From: Aplysia californica
Taxonomy: Eukaryota
Length of the DNA stretch: 64,000 nt
NCBI RefSeq assembly: GCF_000002075.1
Contig: NW_004797330.1
Span: 673,368 to 737,367, forward strand
Reading direction: 5' to 3'
In this document: piece by piece, positions 52,149 to 62,883 of the stretch
How the letters are laid out: each line of letters begins with the position of its first letter
Numbering within the stretch: the stretch's first letter is position 1
Made by a program: the position numbers and the translations under genes
Notes under the pieces: generated by a model
What the model saw: the letters and a program-made list of their open reading frames with translations, nothing else
Database searches by the model: none
Told to the model about the DNA's origin: nothing

Positions 52149-53520
52149 GGGGTCAAAACTAGATTAGATCTAGAATATAGATCTAGATCTATATTTAGAT
52201 CTAGTTCTAGATAATATAGACTTCTTATATATATATAGATCTATATCTAGATCTAGATTATAGATCTAACTGTCACCAAAGTCGGGGCCACCATATCCAA
52301 GTAGTGCCCAGAAAAGAGTTCGAAACACTTGGAATGACTAAATACTAACAAGTCAATCTCAGGAACAAAATAAACTAGGCTTGATCTAGCCTGTTGTTGT
52401 TAGTTTGTCTTGTTGCTGTTAGATCTATCCTGAGACCTGAACGACGGATTTTCTACTTTCAGCTTTGTACTTCCGGTAGGCCTACTCTCCACCTCCACTC
52501 TCCAGACTGTTCTGGGCAGATTGATGCCAAGTTGGCCTAGGCCAGGGCAAAGATCCTATAACCCAGGCTATTTTACGATCTTTGTAGTGGTGGGTGATGT
52601 TTGTTTTCGTGTGTGAAAGTGATGTCTAGAATCCACTTCCATTCTCTCTTTGTGATTTTTAAAAGCCTACAGGTATCTAATTTCTTTTGATAGGATCTTG
52701 GGTTGTTGAACTGAACGATTGGCCTACCGGATGTGAAGAGAGGCTAAACTTGATGACCAGTTGTTGTTATTTTAGCCTACCGGACCGGAATTAGGCTATC
52801 GGTTATCGTTCTTTGACGGTTGGCGTCTGGTAGGAATGAACGCAAACCACCGCGAATTGCATCTTATTGTACAATCCGTTGAAAATTGTTGCCAACAGTG
52901 AAACATCTCCTCAATAGTGCCAGTAAATATGGACCAGCATACAGTTGCACTGTAATTGTTTGATTTATGGTCTGTTTTAAGACTAGATAGATCGTTAATA
53001 AACCTTTGGAAATAACTACTTCCAACTGATGCCGGTAGGTAGATTTAGTAGGATGCAAAATTTCACCTCTGTTTTGGTTTTGTCTAATATCTAGATTCTA
53101 TCGAATAGTCCTATCTGTTGTGTGTAGTGTAGTTGAAAGGTTGAGCAGGGCCTAGATCTACTTGCACTACAACTAGATCTAAAATCTAGATCTAGATTAG
53201 AAGACCTACAGGCTTCAGTGGAGTCTGCTGATATGGGTTCCGGGGTGGCCACTGGTTCTAGAATCTAGATCTAGAGTAAGAGAGTAGATCTAGAGATCTA
53301 GCCCTCGTCCTGCAGAGGCTGGGTTTATGTCGCCCGATTATAAGCCTATTTCAGCACCCCGCCTGCAGTCTGGTCCTGCATCAGTCTGGACCCTGGCTCA
53401 GTGCACGTTGGCCGAGCACCATCTCCCGTTCAATTCGGGTCCCGTGTCGGATCTGCTTTCACACAGCACAAGTAGTGTGTGTGTGTCAGTCTGCTTGGAG
53501 CTTACATTTAAGGGATAAAG

Positions 53521-54022
53521 GGGAGTGTATACAGACCCGGTAACCGGGAACCAAGTCACAAAGTATACAGACCCGGTAGGGGAACTCTTTTGTGATTTCG
53601 GAAAGTTTCAGCGCCCTCTTGGCTCAGGGTAGACCTGGGTTCTTCTAGTTCTAGATCTATGGCCTAGGTCTAGACAGACAGACATAAATCTTTGATCTAG
53701 TTTCGAGGCTAGCCTAGATCTAGATCTAGATCTAGAATCTAAATGAAAATTGCGGATGTCTTTTCGATGAACGATCGTTTTTCCTCCGTTTTGAAGTTGG
53801 AGGAATCACAATTTGAAGACAAGAACAATGTCATAATTTCAATTGAGCAGTAACTCTCTCTCTCTCTCTTTCTGTCTCTCCTCTGTCTCTGTGTATCGCT
53901 CGCTTTCTCTTTGTCTTTGTTTGTCTCTGTCTTTCTTTCTCCTCACCTATTTCCCACTCGCTATCTTTCTCTCGTTCCCTCCTGCCAACTGGGGCATGTC
54001 ATATATATACATTTTGCTAGCA

Positions 54023-54101
<79 letters not shown>

Positions 54102-54206
54102 ACCGGGTCTGGGCGCTGAAACTTTCCGAAATCGCAAAAGAGTTCCTCTACCGGGTCTGTATACTTCGTGACTTCATTCCCGGTTACCGGGTCTGTATAC
54201 ACTTCG
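53521..54206 (+). mobile_element. MITE M1 copy 2
   Basis: Same TIRs. 9-bp repeat tacatttaa at 53503-53511 and 54207-54215, with 9 extra nt before the left TIR. Confidence 0.9.
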
Positions 54207-54442
54207 TACATTTAAACATTATTGTGTGGGCTTGTCACTCATTCAAAACATGCCAAGTTGGTAGCTGTAGATGTTCGTCCAATGAAATTATAGAACAAAT
54301 TGACCCACTTAGACTTAGAGACTGAAAGTTGGAAACTGTTCGGAGAAAGAGTTCAAGTTTATTTTCCCGAGCGTTTGGAAAAATAGAGGCGGCCTACTTT
54401 TCCCCCAAACCTGAGGATATAAAACATTGCTACATGGGACTA

Positions 54443-54655
54443 GGGAAATTGAAGAATACCGGACCACTGGTACATTATTGCGCGAGAAGGTGGGGGGGGG
54501 TTCAGGGGGGTCTCCCCCCTGACAAAATTTCAACGAATAGATCTACCGGTCCGAGATTCTCCGCTGAGAGATATTAAAAACGGGAACATTATGAATTCCT
54601 AAGGTTGAGACATAGGCAAAGTCAGTCCGCTGGTCCGGTATTCTTCAATCTTACC
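54443..54655. mobile_element. Same MITE, copy 2
   Basis: Near-identical body. 9-bp repeat ttgctacat at 54427-54435 and 54656-54664. Confidence 0.8.
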
Positions 54656-54906
54656 TTGCTACATTATTAGAGAGGAATCTGACCTCAATGAACATGATGC
54701 TTGACTTGTAGGGGGTGTGGTAAGTGGTGGTTATGTTTGCATTGGTGTCGTGGAAACAAATACATGGTATTTTTCTTTCCAGGCAATAACATTCATCCTC
54801 TCGCACATCAGAACCTTCCTCATACATCCTTTTGAAAATTCTCATTTCCATGCTTAATCGCACATTCAGCAGTCAAATCTAAAAATTCATCCAAGAGTTT
54901 TTTAAA

Positions 54907-56232
54907 CGAAGTGTATACGTAACCGGGAACAAAGTCACGAAGTATACAGACCCGGTAAGGGAACTCTTTTGTGATTTCGGAAAGTTTCAGCGCCCAGACC
55001 CGGTAGTGTTTGTGTGTGTGTGTGAGAGAGAGAGCTAGCAAAATGTATGACATGCCCCAGTTGGCAGGAGGGAACGAGAGAAAGATATAGACGTCTAGTG
55101 GGAAATAGGTGGGGAGAAAGAAAGACAGAGACAAACAAAGAAAAAGAGAATGCAAGCAACAGAGCGAGAGAGAAATAGAGAGGATGACTGCTCGAGAGAA
55201 ATTATGACATTGTTCTTTGGGAGTGTATACAGACCCGGTAACCGGAAACAAAGTCACAAAGTATACAGACCCGGTAAAGGAACTCTTTTGTGATTTCGGA
55301 GAGTTTCAGCGCCCTCTTGGCTCAGGGTAGACCTAGGTTCTTCTAGATCTATGGTCTAGACAGGCAGACTTAAATCTTTGATCTAGTTTCACGGCTAGCC
55401 TAGATCTAAATGAAGATTGCGGATGTCTTTTCGATGAACGATCGTTTTTCCTCCGTTTTGGAGTTGGGAGGAATTACAATTTGAAGAAAAGAACAACGAA
55501 GTGTATACAGACCCGGTAACCGGGAACAAAGTCACGAAGTATACAGACCCGGTAGGGGAACTCTTTTGTGATTTCGGGAAGTTTCAGCCCCCAGACCCGG
55601 TAAAAATCTAGTGTGTNNNNNNNNNNNNNNNNNNNNNNNNNNNNNNNNNNNNNNNNNNNNNNNNNNNNNNNNNNNNNNNNNNNNNNNNNNNNNNNNNNNN
55701 NNNNNNNNNNNNNNNNNNNNNNNNNNNNNNNNNNNNNNNNNNNNNNNNNNNNNNNNNNNNNNNNNNNNNNNNNNNNNNNNNNNNNNNNNNNNNNNNNNNN
55801 NNNNNNNNNNNNNNNNNNNNNNNNNNNNNNNNNNACACACTAGATTTTTACCGGGTCTGGGGGCTGAAACTTCCCGAAATCACAAAAGAGTTCCCCTACC
55901 GGGTCTGTATACTTCGTGACTTTGTTCCCGGTTACCGGGTCTGTATACACTTCGTTGTTCTTTTCTTCAAATTGTAATTCCTCCAACTCCAAAACGGAGG
56001 AAAAACGATCGTTCATCGAAAAGACATCCGCAATCTTCATTTAGATCTAATCTAGATCTAGATCTAGGCTAGCCTCGAAACTATACCAAGGATTTATGTC
56101 TGTCTGTCTAGATCTAGATCTAGACCAGGCCATAGATCTACTAGAAGAACCTAGGTCTACCTTGAGCCAAGAGGGCGCTGAAACTTTCCAAAACCACAAA
56201 AGAGTTCCCCTACCGGGTCTGTATACACTCCC
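54907..56232 (-). mobile_element. MITE M1 copy 3, containing nested M1 copies (55219-55954, plus an end at 55497)
   Basis: Outer TSD ttttttaaa at 54898-54906 and 56233-56241. Inner TSD ttgttcttt at 55210-55218 and 55955-55963. Confidence 0.85.
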
Positions 56233-56241
56233 TTTTTTAAA

Positions 56242-56610
56242 TGACTGGAGTGGACTTGAAGTTGTAGTTGCCAGGAACTGTGGTCATCACTGGCTGTGGT
56301 TATCACTGGCTGCGATGGAGTAGTGGGTGCTCTTGGCTGCTCTGAGGTGGTGGACACCCCTGGCTGGAGTGAAGTTTTGACTGGTGGATTGAATATCGTG
56401 TTACATCTCACTTTATTCCAGTCCAGTACATTGACATCAAGAGGGAACAGTCCTGCTTTTTTGAAGCACAATGCCTCAATTCCTTTCTCACCTTCGTATC
56501 TGGAAACTGTTTTATCCCAGTCCCAGGCCTTCTTGATAACTGGAGCAAAGATAGTCTTGCTTACGGTACTTTTTGTACTTTCTTGTTAATCAAGAACTGC
56601 CATTCTCCAA
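56242..56610 (-). pseudogene. Continuation of the pogo-like transposase (post-DDE); a further fragment at ~54665-54897
   Basis: FAPVIKKAWD and CFKKAGLFPLD. The downstream fragment IFKRMYEEGSDV resembles the C-terminal FxxRYEEGYD motif. Confidence 0.65.
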
Positions 56611-56619
56611 TTTTTTTAA

Positions 56620-57897
56620 GGCCGGCACTATTTCTCAGAATGTTCAGGGAAATAAAGCTGGGCACTATTTCTCCGAACGTTCGGGAAAATAAAGCTGGGC
56701 ACTATTTCTCCGAACACCGAGTGAAATCACATTCTTTCCCGCAAATTTCGATAGATCTATAATTATAGTATAGGCCTGCCAAAGATTGTTCGTATACAAT
56801 ATGGTTCAATCGATCCAAAAAATGTCGGCAGTAAATATTTATCCAAACAAATGCTACAGTTCTAAACAGTTTTTCGCTACAGATATGACGCGTTGCCTAT
56901 GAAGGGTACTGCTCTTAAACTTAATGTGTTGTGTTCACTCGTGTGCTGTTTAGATCTAGATCTAGATATACGGTGTGTTATTGATAACGACACATAGAAC
57001 TAGCATCTGCGTTTGTCGCGGCCGCGACCAATCAATCGCTCGACTTTTTGGCATTTTTTGGTCCCCGAATCGGGGAATAAAATTCAAAGACGACAAAAAA
57101 AAAGAAACCGAACCTCTTTACTTTTGAAAGAAAGTTCACCTAGCTTCACTTCGTCTCTTTCTCACTTGTTGTCACCACGTTGATTTATTGAATACGTTAC
57201 AATTACTTTTATTTTTCCCTGTTTGTGGTGTTTCATTTTGTTACTGTGTATTTTTTTCTTTCTTGTTACTGTTCTGATATAATGTTGTTTTTCTATCAAT
57301 GTTTTTTTGTTGGGGAAAAGGGGAGGGGGGGAATGTTGTATAGTGTAACGTCATTTAATTTGATGTTCCTACCTTCATTAAATTCTAAATATATGTGTAT
57401 ACATGTATACATATAGATTTAAATGCGTTATAGTAGAGAGTACGTTCCACCAAAACCGATTACATGTATACTGACACTGTCAGGCCCCTTAATGTGTGTG
57501 ATTCCATAATTTACATACGTAATATCCTGTACTTTGTTTTAAAATTATGCACATTTAGGGTTAAAACAGCCAGTCTTTCTTCAGACAGGTGGACACATGC
57601 CCTTATTTGTTAATTTTTGTAGTTGTTTATGGGCTGTTATAATTTTGATTTCATTCTGTTGTGAAACCTTTCTTTTTCACGTTTTTACACTCATCTAAAA
57701 ATCTCTAGACTAGCTCTTGAGAATTGAAATAGATCTAGACCCAAAAATTTTCTCCTTCCCAGACCTATCAGAATGGCAGAATGAAAGTTGGCACAGAACT
57801 CTCTCGCAAATAAGCAAAAAATCATGAGACCGGAAATCATTCGGAGAAATAAAGATCGGCACTATTTCTCCGAACGTTCGGAGAAATAGTCACTTCG
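56620..57897. mobile_element. Mutator-like non-autonomous element M3, inserted in the pogo transposase
   Basis: 9-bp TSD tttttttaa at 56611-56619 and 57898-57906. Ends GGCCGGCACTATT / AATAGTCACTTCG. Subterminal palindromes TATTTCTCCGAACGTTCGGAGAAATA. Confidence 0.85.
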
Positions 57898-57906
57898 TTT
57901 TTTTAA

Positions 57907-58760
57907 TGGAGTTGAAAAATACCAAGTCCTCCTGAATGATATGGCTCAAATGTGGAGGCAAGCCATAAAGGATCTATAGATCATTTTCCTCACACATGCT
58001 AGCTTCATTTGTAACATGGCTTGCATGACCATCCACAAAAAGCACTGACCTGGTTTCTTTATTGATGCCGTCTGAGGAACAAACATCTTTGATCCAGCCA
58101 GCGAATAGCTCGTTTAATATGATAAAATATAACATTGCCATAGCTGGACTTCCCCATATATATGCAGCTTCAAATACTTTCAAGAGGGTGTAATTGAATT
58201 ACTTGCCAGGGGAAATCAACATTGGTGTTACAAATTGATTGTTTCCACTTGCACAAGCAAGACATGTTATGGTGGTCTCATTGTTACTTGTAATTATGTG
58301 TAAATGTGTTTGTCACCCTTCATGCCCAAAACTTCTTAACTTTTGGGGCACAATTGGAAACCACTTTCATCCGCATTAAAGATACGGGCAAGTTCCAGCA
58401 GTAAGCTGGCCTCAGTCCATAGAATGGTACCTAGTCTTGAGCTCCTCAAACGGCCCCCGCTCTCTTCTGAGACGTAAGCCTGCTGCACACTCAGGGCCTA
58501 GGGCTGTCGTAACACAATCTCTGGGTGGCGTTTCCTAAATCTGTAATACAAGGTTTTTCCTGGCAAAGTGTTATTGAATGGTGAAGAGCCGCCCCTTTTG
58601 TCTAAAGTTTTGTACTGACTGGCAAAACTGATCTCCTGTTCTGCCAAACCCTCTTCGACTCATTTCGATTACCCACTTTGCAATCTCATCTTCTTCCTGG
58701 TTAGTCAACACCGTTTTTGGAAGACCATTCATTTCCTCTGATCTCCTCCGTCCTATCCTA
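57907..58760 (-). pseudogene. pogo/Tigger-like (DDE_1) transposase remnant, N-terminal and catalytic part
   Basis: TVLTNQEEDEIAKWVIEMSRRGFG, FRKRHPEIVLR, RIFNADESGFQL, VLFVDGHASH, LPPHLSHIIQ, with frameshifts. Confidence 0.85.
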
Positions 58761-58928
58761 CTGTCACATGTTGCTATGAATATTGAAAAGCCAGTGTACT
58801 TTATTTTCTAAATGCTTTTTGTATTCATAAAAAAAAATTGAAATGTATAGTGATTTTGTGTACTACGTGTACTCTTTCTTTTCACAGGTGTGACTTTGGA
58901 GTAATTGTGTAAAGCAAAGCAGGTAGCC

Positions 58929-59154
58929 ATGTACATGTACAATTTGACCCTGCAGCGCTCTCAAGGCATTGTTGCTGCCATTCATGGAAACTTCTCAGGT
59001 TCAAAACTGCAAGAAATTGTGGTGTCCCGAGGGAAGGTCATTGAACTGTTCCGACATGATCCAAACACAGGGAAAGTGTTCCCTGTTCTGTCAACAGAAG
59101 TTTTTGGTGTGGTCAGATCCCTCATGCCATTTCGACTTACGGGAGGCACAAAAG
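58929..59154 (+). CDS. SF3B3: Splicing factor 3B subunit 3 (SAP130) coding exon 1
   Basis: MYMYNLTLQRSQGIVAAIHGNFSGSKLQEIVVSRGK...FGVVRSLMPFRLTGGTK. Acceptor at 58887 implies an upstream non-coding exon. Confidence 0.96.
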
Positions 59155-59406
59155 GTACATTTTTATTTAAAAATTTGTTTTTGATTAATTATAATTTCCA
59201 TTAGCTTAATAAATATTTTTGTCAACTGTAAATTAAGTTCAGAAGAGCATTTTGTCAAAGTGCATTAATTTATGTCAAATGCTAGGTTTTGTTTCACTTA
59301 TACAATACTTACTTTAATGAGGGTTTGATTTTAGTGTAGATTCTAGTTTCTAATCAAAACTGAATTGACATTACTCAATCACAAAATCATTTTCCTTGTT
59401 TTTCAG

Positions 59407-59577
59407 ATTACGTTGTCGCCGGTTCAGATTCTGGACGGATTGTGATTCTAGAATACATCCCATCCAAAAACATATTTGAGAGGGTTCATCAGGAGACGTT
59501 TGGCAAAAGTGGATGTCGCAGGATTGTGCCCGGCCAGTATTTGGCTGTTGATCCCAAGGGAAGAGCTGTCATGATTG
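59407..59577 (+). CDS. SF3B3: SF3B3 coding exon 2
   Basis: [17 protein letters not shown]...[31 protein letters not shown], with AG/GT boundaries. Confidence 0.96.
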
Positions 59578-59673
59578 GTACACCTTTTCTTTTCAATTTT
59601 TTTACTTTGTGTAGTTTTTATCTTGTAGATTACTTATTTCCCAGTGTGGCTGTAAACAAGTGCTATCGTAATA

Positions 59674-60319
59674 CTGTGGGTGTCGCATTCAACGAGGTTG
59701 CCGGGACCGGCTTGTTGTCCTCGTTGGATCTGACCTCTCGTTGAACACGTCAGTGTGCGCGTGTTTGAGCCGTGTTCTGACCGTCATTTTTGATTTTTAA
59801 AAATATTTTTCTTTTCCGTAACTCTTCTTGTGTGGAAATATACCTTCTCTCATCTAGGCCTAGATCTAATAAAGTGAAGACGGGAGCTTGGATTTTCTGA
59901 TCTGGGAAAGAAAAGAAATTGACAAAAATGAAGGTTTCGATCTAGACCTACCCATCCAGAGTTCATCCAGTTTGCACTGCCCGCATCGCGTTCCCACCCA
60001 CCCCCTCCCATCCCTACCGTAGGCTAACCCTTGCCCATCCTCTTGGCTTTGGGGCCCATTTTAGGAGGCACACTAGATCTAGCAGTACTATGTGTTAGGA
60101 ATGGAGGATGGGCCTTGTGCTTCGCGTGAGATGGAGAGAAAGGAGAAACATTCTTCGCTTTTGGGTCCCCTAATTGCTTTTGTTTGGTTATCGCAACCTC
60201 GTTGGAGCTGACGTACATTTACAAAGAAGATATAGAGGGGGGAAAAACGGGGATTAAGGATTGCCTCGTTGTAGCCGACTTCTCGTTGAATGTGACCTCG
60301 TTGAATGCAGCACCCACTG
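59674..60319. mobile_element. Tc1/mariner-pogo-type MITE in an SF3B3 intron
   Basis: TA|C(T/A)GTGGGTG..GCATTCAACGAGGT TIRs with a TA duplication. Internal CCTCGTTG repeats. Confidence 0.75.
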
Positions 60320-60936
60320 TATTGTATTTTTAAGTCAAAATAAGAATTGGGTTATTTTTTAATTTTATGAAATAGATAATGAATGAAAATTTGTAAACAA
60401 TTTTTTCTTTAATTGAATTTTTTTTAAACATGTATGTATGCTAGACTAGTTTTAGAAGGATTTTGGTTCATGCATCAGGACAAATCCTCAGGAGCTAAAT
60501 GGTTAAAATGCTGACAGCTCAGCAGTGTCCATTAAAATCATTTCGTAGTAAAAACCTCTAAGTGCACTTTTTACAAATTTTCTTCACTAACTTTTTCTTG
60601 AATTAGAACATAATTCTGTGAATGTTATTAGCAGTTGATGTCACTTTAAAAAAATTGTTCTTGGCATTTTATCCAGGATGAAGCTATTTGATTCGAAACT
60701 AATAATAATGGCATTTGAATTGAATATGGCTGCGGTAGTGGTAGATTTTATGACATGTCTGAACATTTTAATGCCACACAAAGTTTGAAATATCATATGA
60801 CCATTTTTGCTCATTGTAATTCTGTGTTTAGAGAGTATTATCAGTTCAAAGTGATGTGATGCATTGTGAGCAGTGTGTGTTTCTTTTTAATCATGTCATT
60901 GTGATATGATTTTATGAATTGGTGTTTTTATTTTAG

Positions 60937-61109
60937 GTGCTGTGGAGAAGCAAAAATTGGTGTATATTCTCAATCGCGATGCTCAGGCACGACTCACAAT
61001 CTCCTCTCCACTGGAAGCTCACAAGTCAAATACACTGGTGTATCATATGGTGGGGGTGGATGTTGGCTTTGAGAATCCGACCTTTGCTTGCTTGGAAATT
61101 GATTATGAG
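60937..61109 (+). CDS. SF3B3: SF3B3 coding exon 3
   Basis: [29 protein letters not shown]...[18 protein letters not shown]. Confidence 0.96.
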
Positions 61110-61409
61110 GTATTAACTAATTCCTATATGTATAGTTTGTTGTGATAGTCTAGAAGTAGTAGTTTGTAGGTTACTTTCATGTAATTGACCCTGGGTGTTG
61201 AAAGAGGATTGGTAAAAGATTAGTTGTTAAAAGACTTTTAAGAAGCCCTCTGGTAATGTTAATTTTAGTTCGGAAAGACGTAATTTGATAATAGAAACGG
61301 GTGTTTTTCTTCTTTTTAAAATGTTTTTACAATATTCATTTTTGGGATTTATATTGTGTTCTTTGTAAAGTCTACTATTCATACTATAATCTCATATATT
61401 CTTCTGTAG

Positions 61410-61551
61410 GAGGCAGATGGTGATCCCAGTGGTGAGGCTGCCCTGAAAACTCAGCAGTTGTTGACTTACTACGAGCTTGACCTTGGTCTTAACCACGTGG
61501 TGCGCAAACATTCAGAGTCACTGGAGGAGCATGCTAACTTTCTCATTTCAG
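61410..61551 (+). CDS. SF3B3: SF3B3 coding exon 4
   Basis: EADGDPSGEAALKTQQLLTYYELDLGLNHVVRKHSESLEEHANFLIS. Confidence 0.95.
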
Positions 61552-61995
61552 GTAGGTGTGTTGTTGTGGATGAAACAGAATGTCAATTTTGACTTAAATG
61601 TGTTATTGCTGAATTATTGAAGAAAAGTTTGAGATGTATAAACAAGAATATGATGTAGCTGCTGACGATTTGATTTGAAGACCTCTGGCTGAAGACTGGC
61701 GTTCATAAAAGTTCTATGCACTTCTAGTCATTGGAATTTAATATTGATTATAAGAAGATGAACAGTTTGTTTCAGTCTAGACTTAGTGTTGCTATTTCTT
61801 AATACAACAATGGATGTTTTTGTTTTTTAAGATTATTTCATCAAATTTTTATGGGACTGCAAAGACTTTGTGTTCACTAAGATAATATTTTAGAGATTAT
61901 CCATCTTTGTTTCTGTAGTTTTGAGATTTGACATGAATTTGATTTGCAGCTTTATACATTTTTGTACATATATTTTTCCCCACATTTATTAATAG

Positions 61996-62108
61996 TTCCT
62001 GGGGGTCACGATGGTCCGAGTGGAGTGTTAATTTGCTCTGAGAACTACATCACATACAAAAACCTTGGGGATCAGCCTGACATCAGATGTCCTATCCCAC
62101 GCAGAAGG
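61996..62108 (+). CDS. SF3B3: SF3B3 coding exon 5
   Basis: [38 protein letters not shown]. Confidence 0.95.
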
Positions 62109-62749
62109 GTCAGTATTTGTCTATTAGTTTAGTTTTAGTAGAGGTTTTACGGCGCTCGCAACTGCATAAGTATTTGTCTATAATATAATTTTTGGTTTGT
62201 GGTAGTACAGTTGAACCTACTCCCAGAGCCACTTCCCATTGCCTTCCTTGTGTATTTACTGACATTACAATGACATTGTGTAAGACTGCCACTTTTCTCA
62301 ACAAAAGATGGTTGTTTTAGACAGTTTCGGCTGTATTTGTATTTGATTACTTCTTGTAACTTCTTTCTCTCTCCCCCCCCAAAGAAAGAGCTTACGCAGC
62401 GGTAGTGTTGGAAGAGTTTTTAGGATCCAGCTTATGTAAGGCAGTTGGTGAAGGAGAAATGGCTGATCTAGTGTTGTGCCTTTCTTTGTTATAATTAGCT
62501 GCAGAAACAAACAATTGGTTCAGGGCTCAATTCAAGATAATATATCGTGTAAAGCTATTGTTGCTATTGTTTAATCTGCTGCCATGCACTGTAAAACGTC
62601 TTTGTATTTTCCTGTTTAAATTAAATTGGTTTTGTTGTCTTTTTCTTTTCTTATGAGAAAGAAAGTTGTGTTGGCCCCATTTGTAAATATGTTTTTTAAA
62701 CTGCAATTACGATTCTGGAGTAATAATGTTTTGTTATCTTTATTTTCAG

Positions 62750-62812
62750 TGTGATCTGGATGATCCTGAGAGGGGAATGATTTTTGTGTGCAGTGCCACT
62801 CACAAAACAAAG
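62750..62812 (+). CDS. SF3B3: SF3B3 coding exon 6
   Basis: CDLDDPERGMIFVCSATHKTK, with AG/GT boundaries. Confidence 0.93.
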
Positions 62813-62883
62813 GTTGGTACATATATTTGTTTATTTTTATCGGGGAAAATCGTTGAGATTTTTTTTTTAAATAAAAAAAAATA

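Larger units (their letters stand above)
49448..52308. mobile_element. TIR element (GGCACTACTTGGATAT...) with 8-bp TSD, hosting several nested elements; an older inverted copy lies at ~44830-46021
   Basis: TSD cagaaaag at 49440-49447 and 52309-52316. 49510-49680 matches the reverse complement of 44830-45970 once insertions are removed. Confidence 0.65.

Noticed and set aside
58905-58928. N-terminal extension of SF3B3 from the TTG-start ORF
   Set aside because: The conserved protein begins at ATG 58929 in a good context (gccATG).
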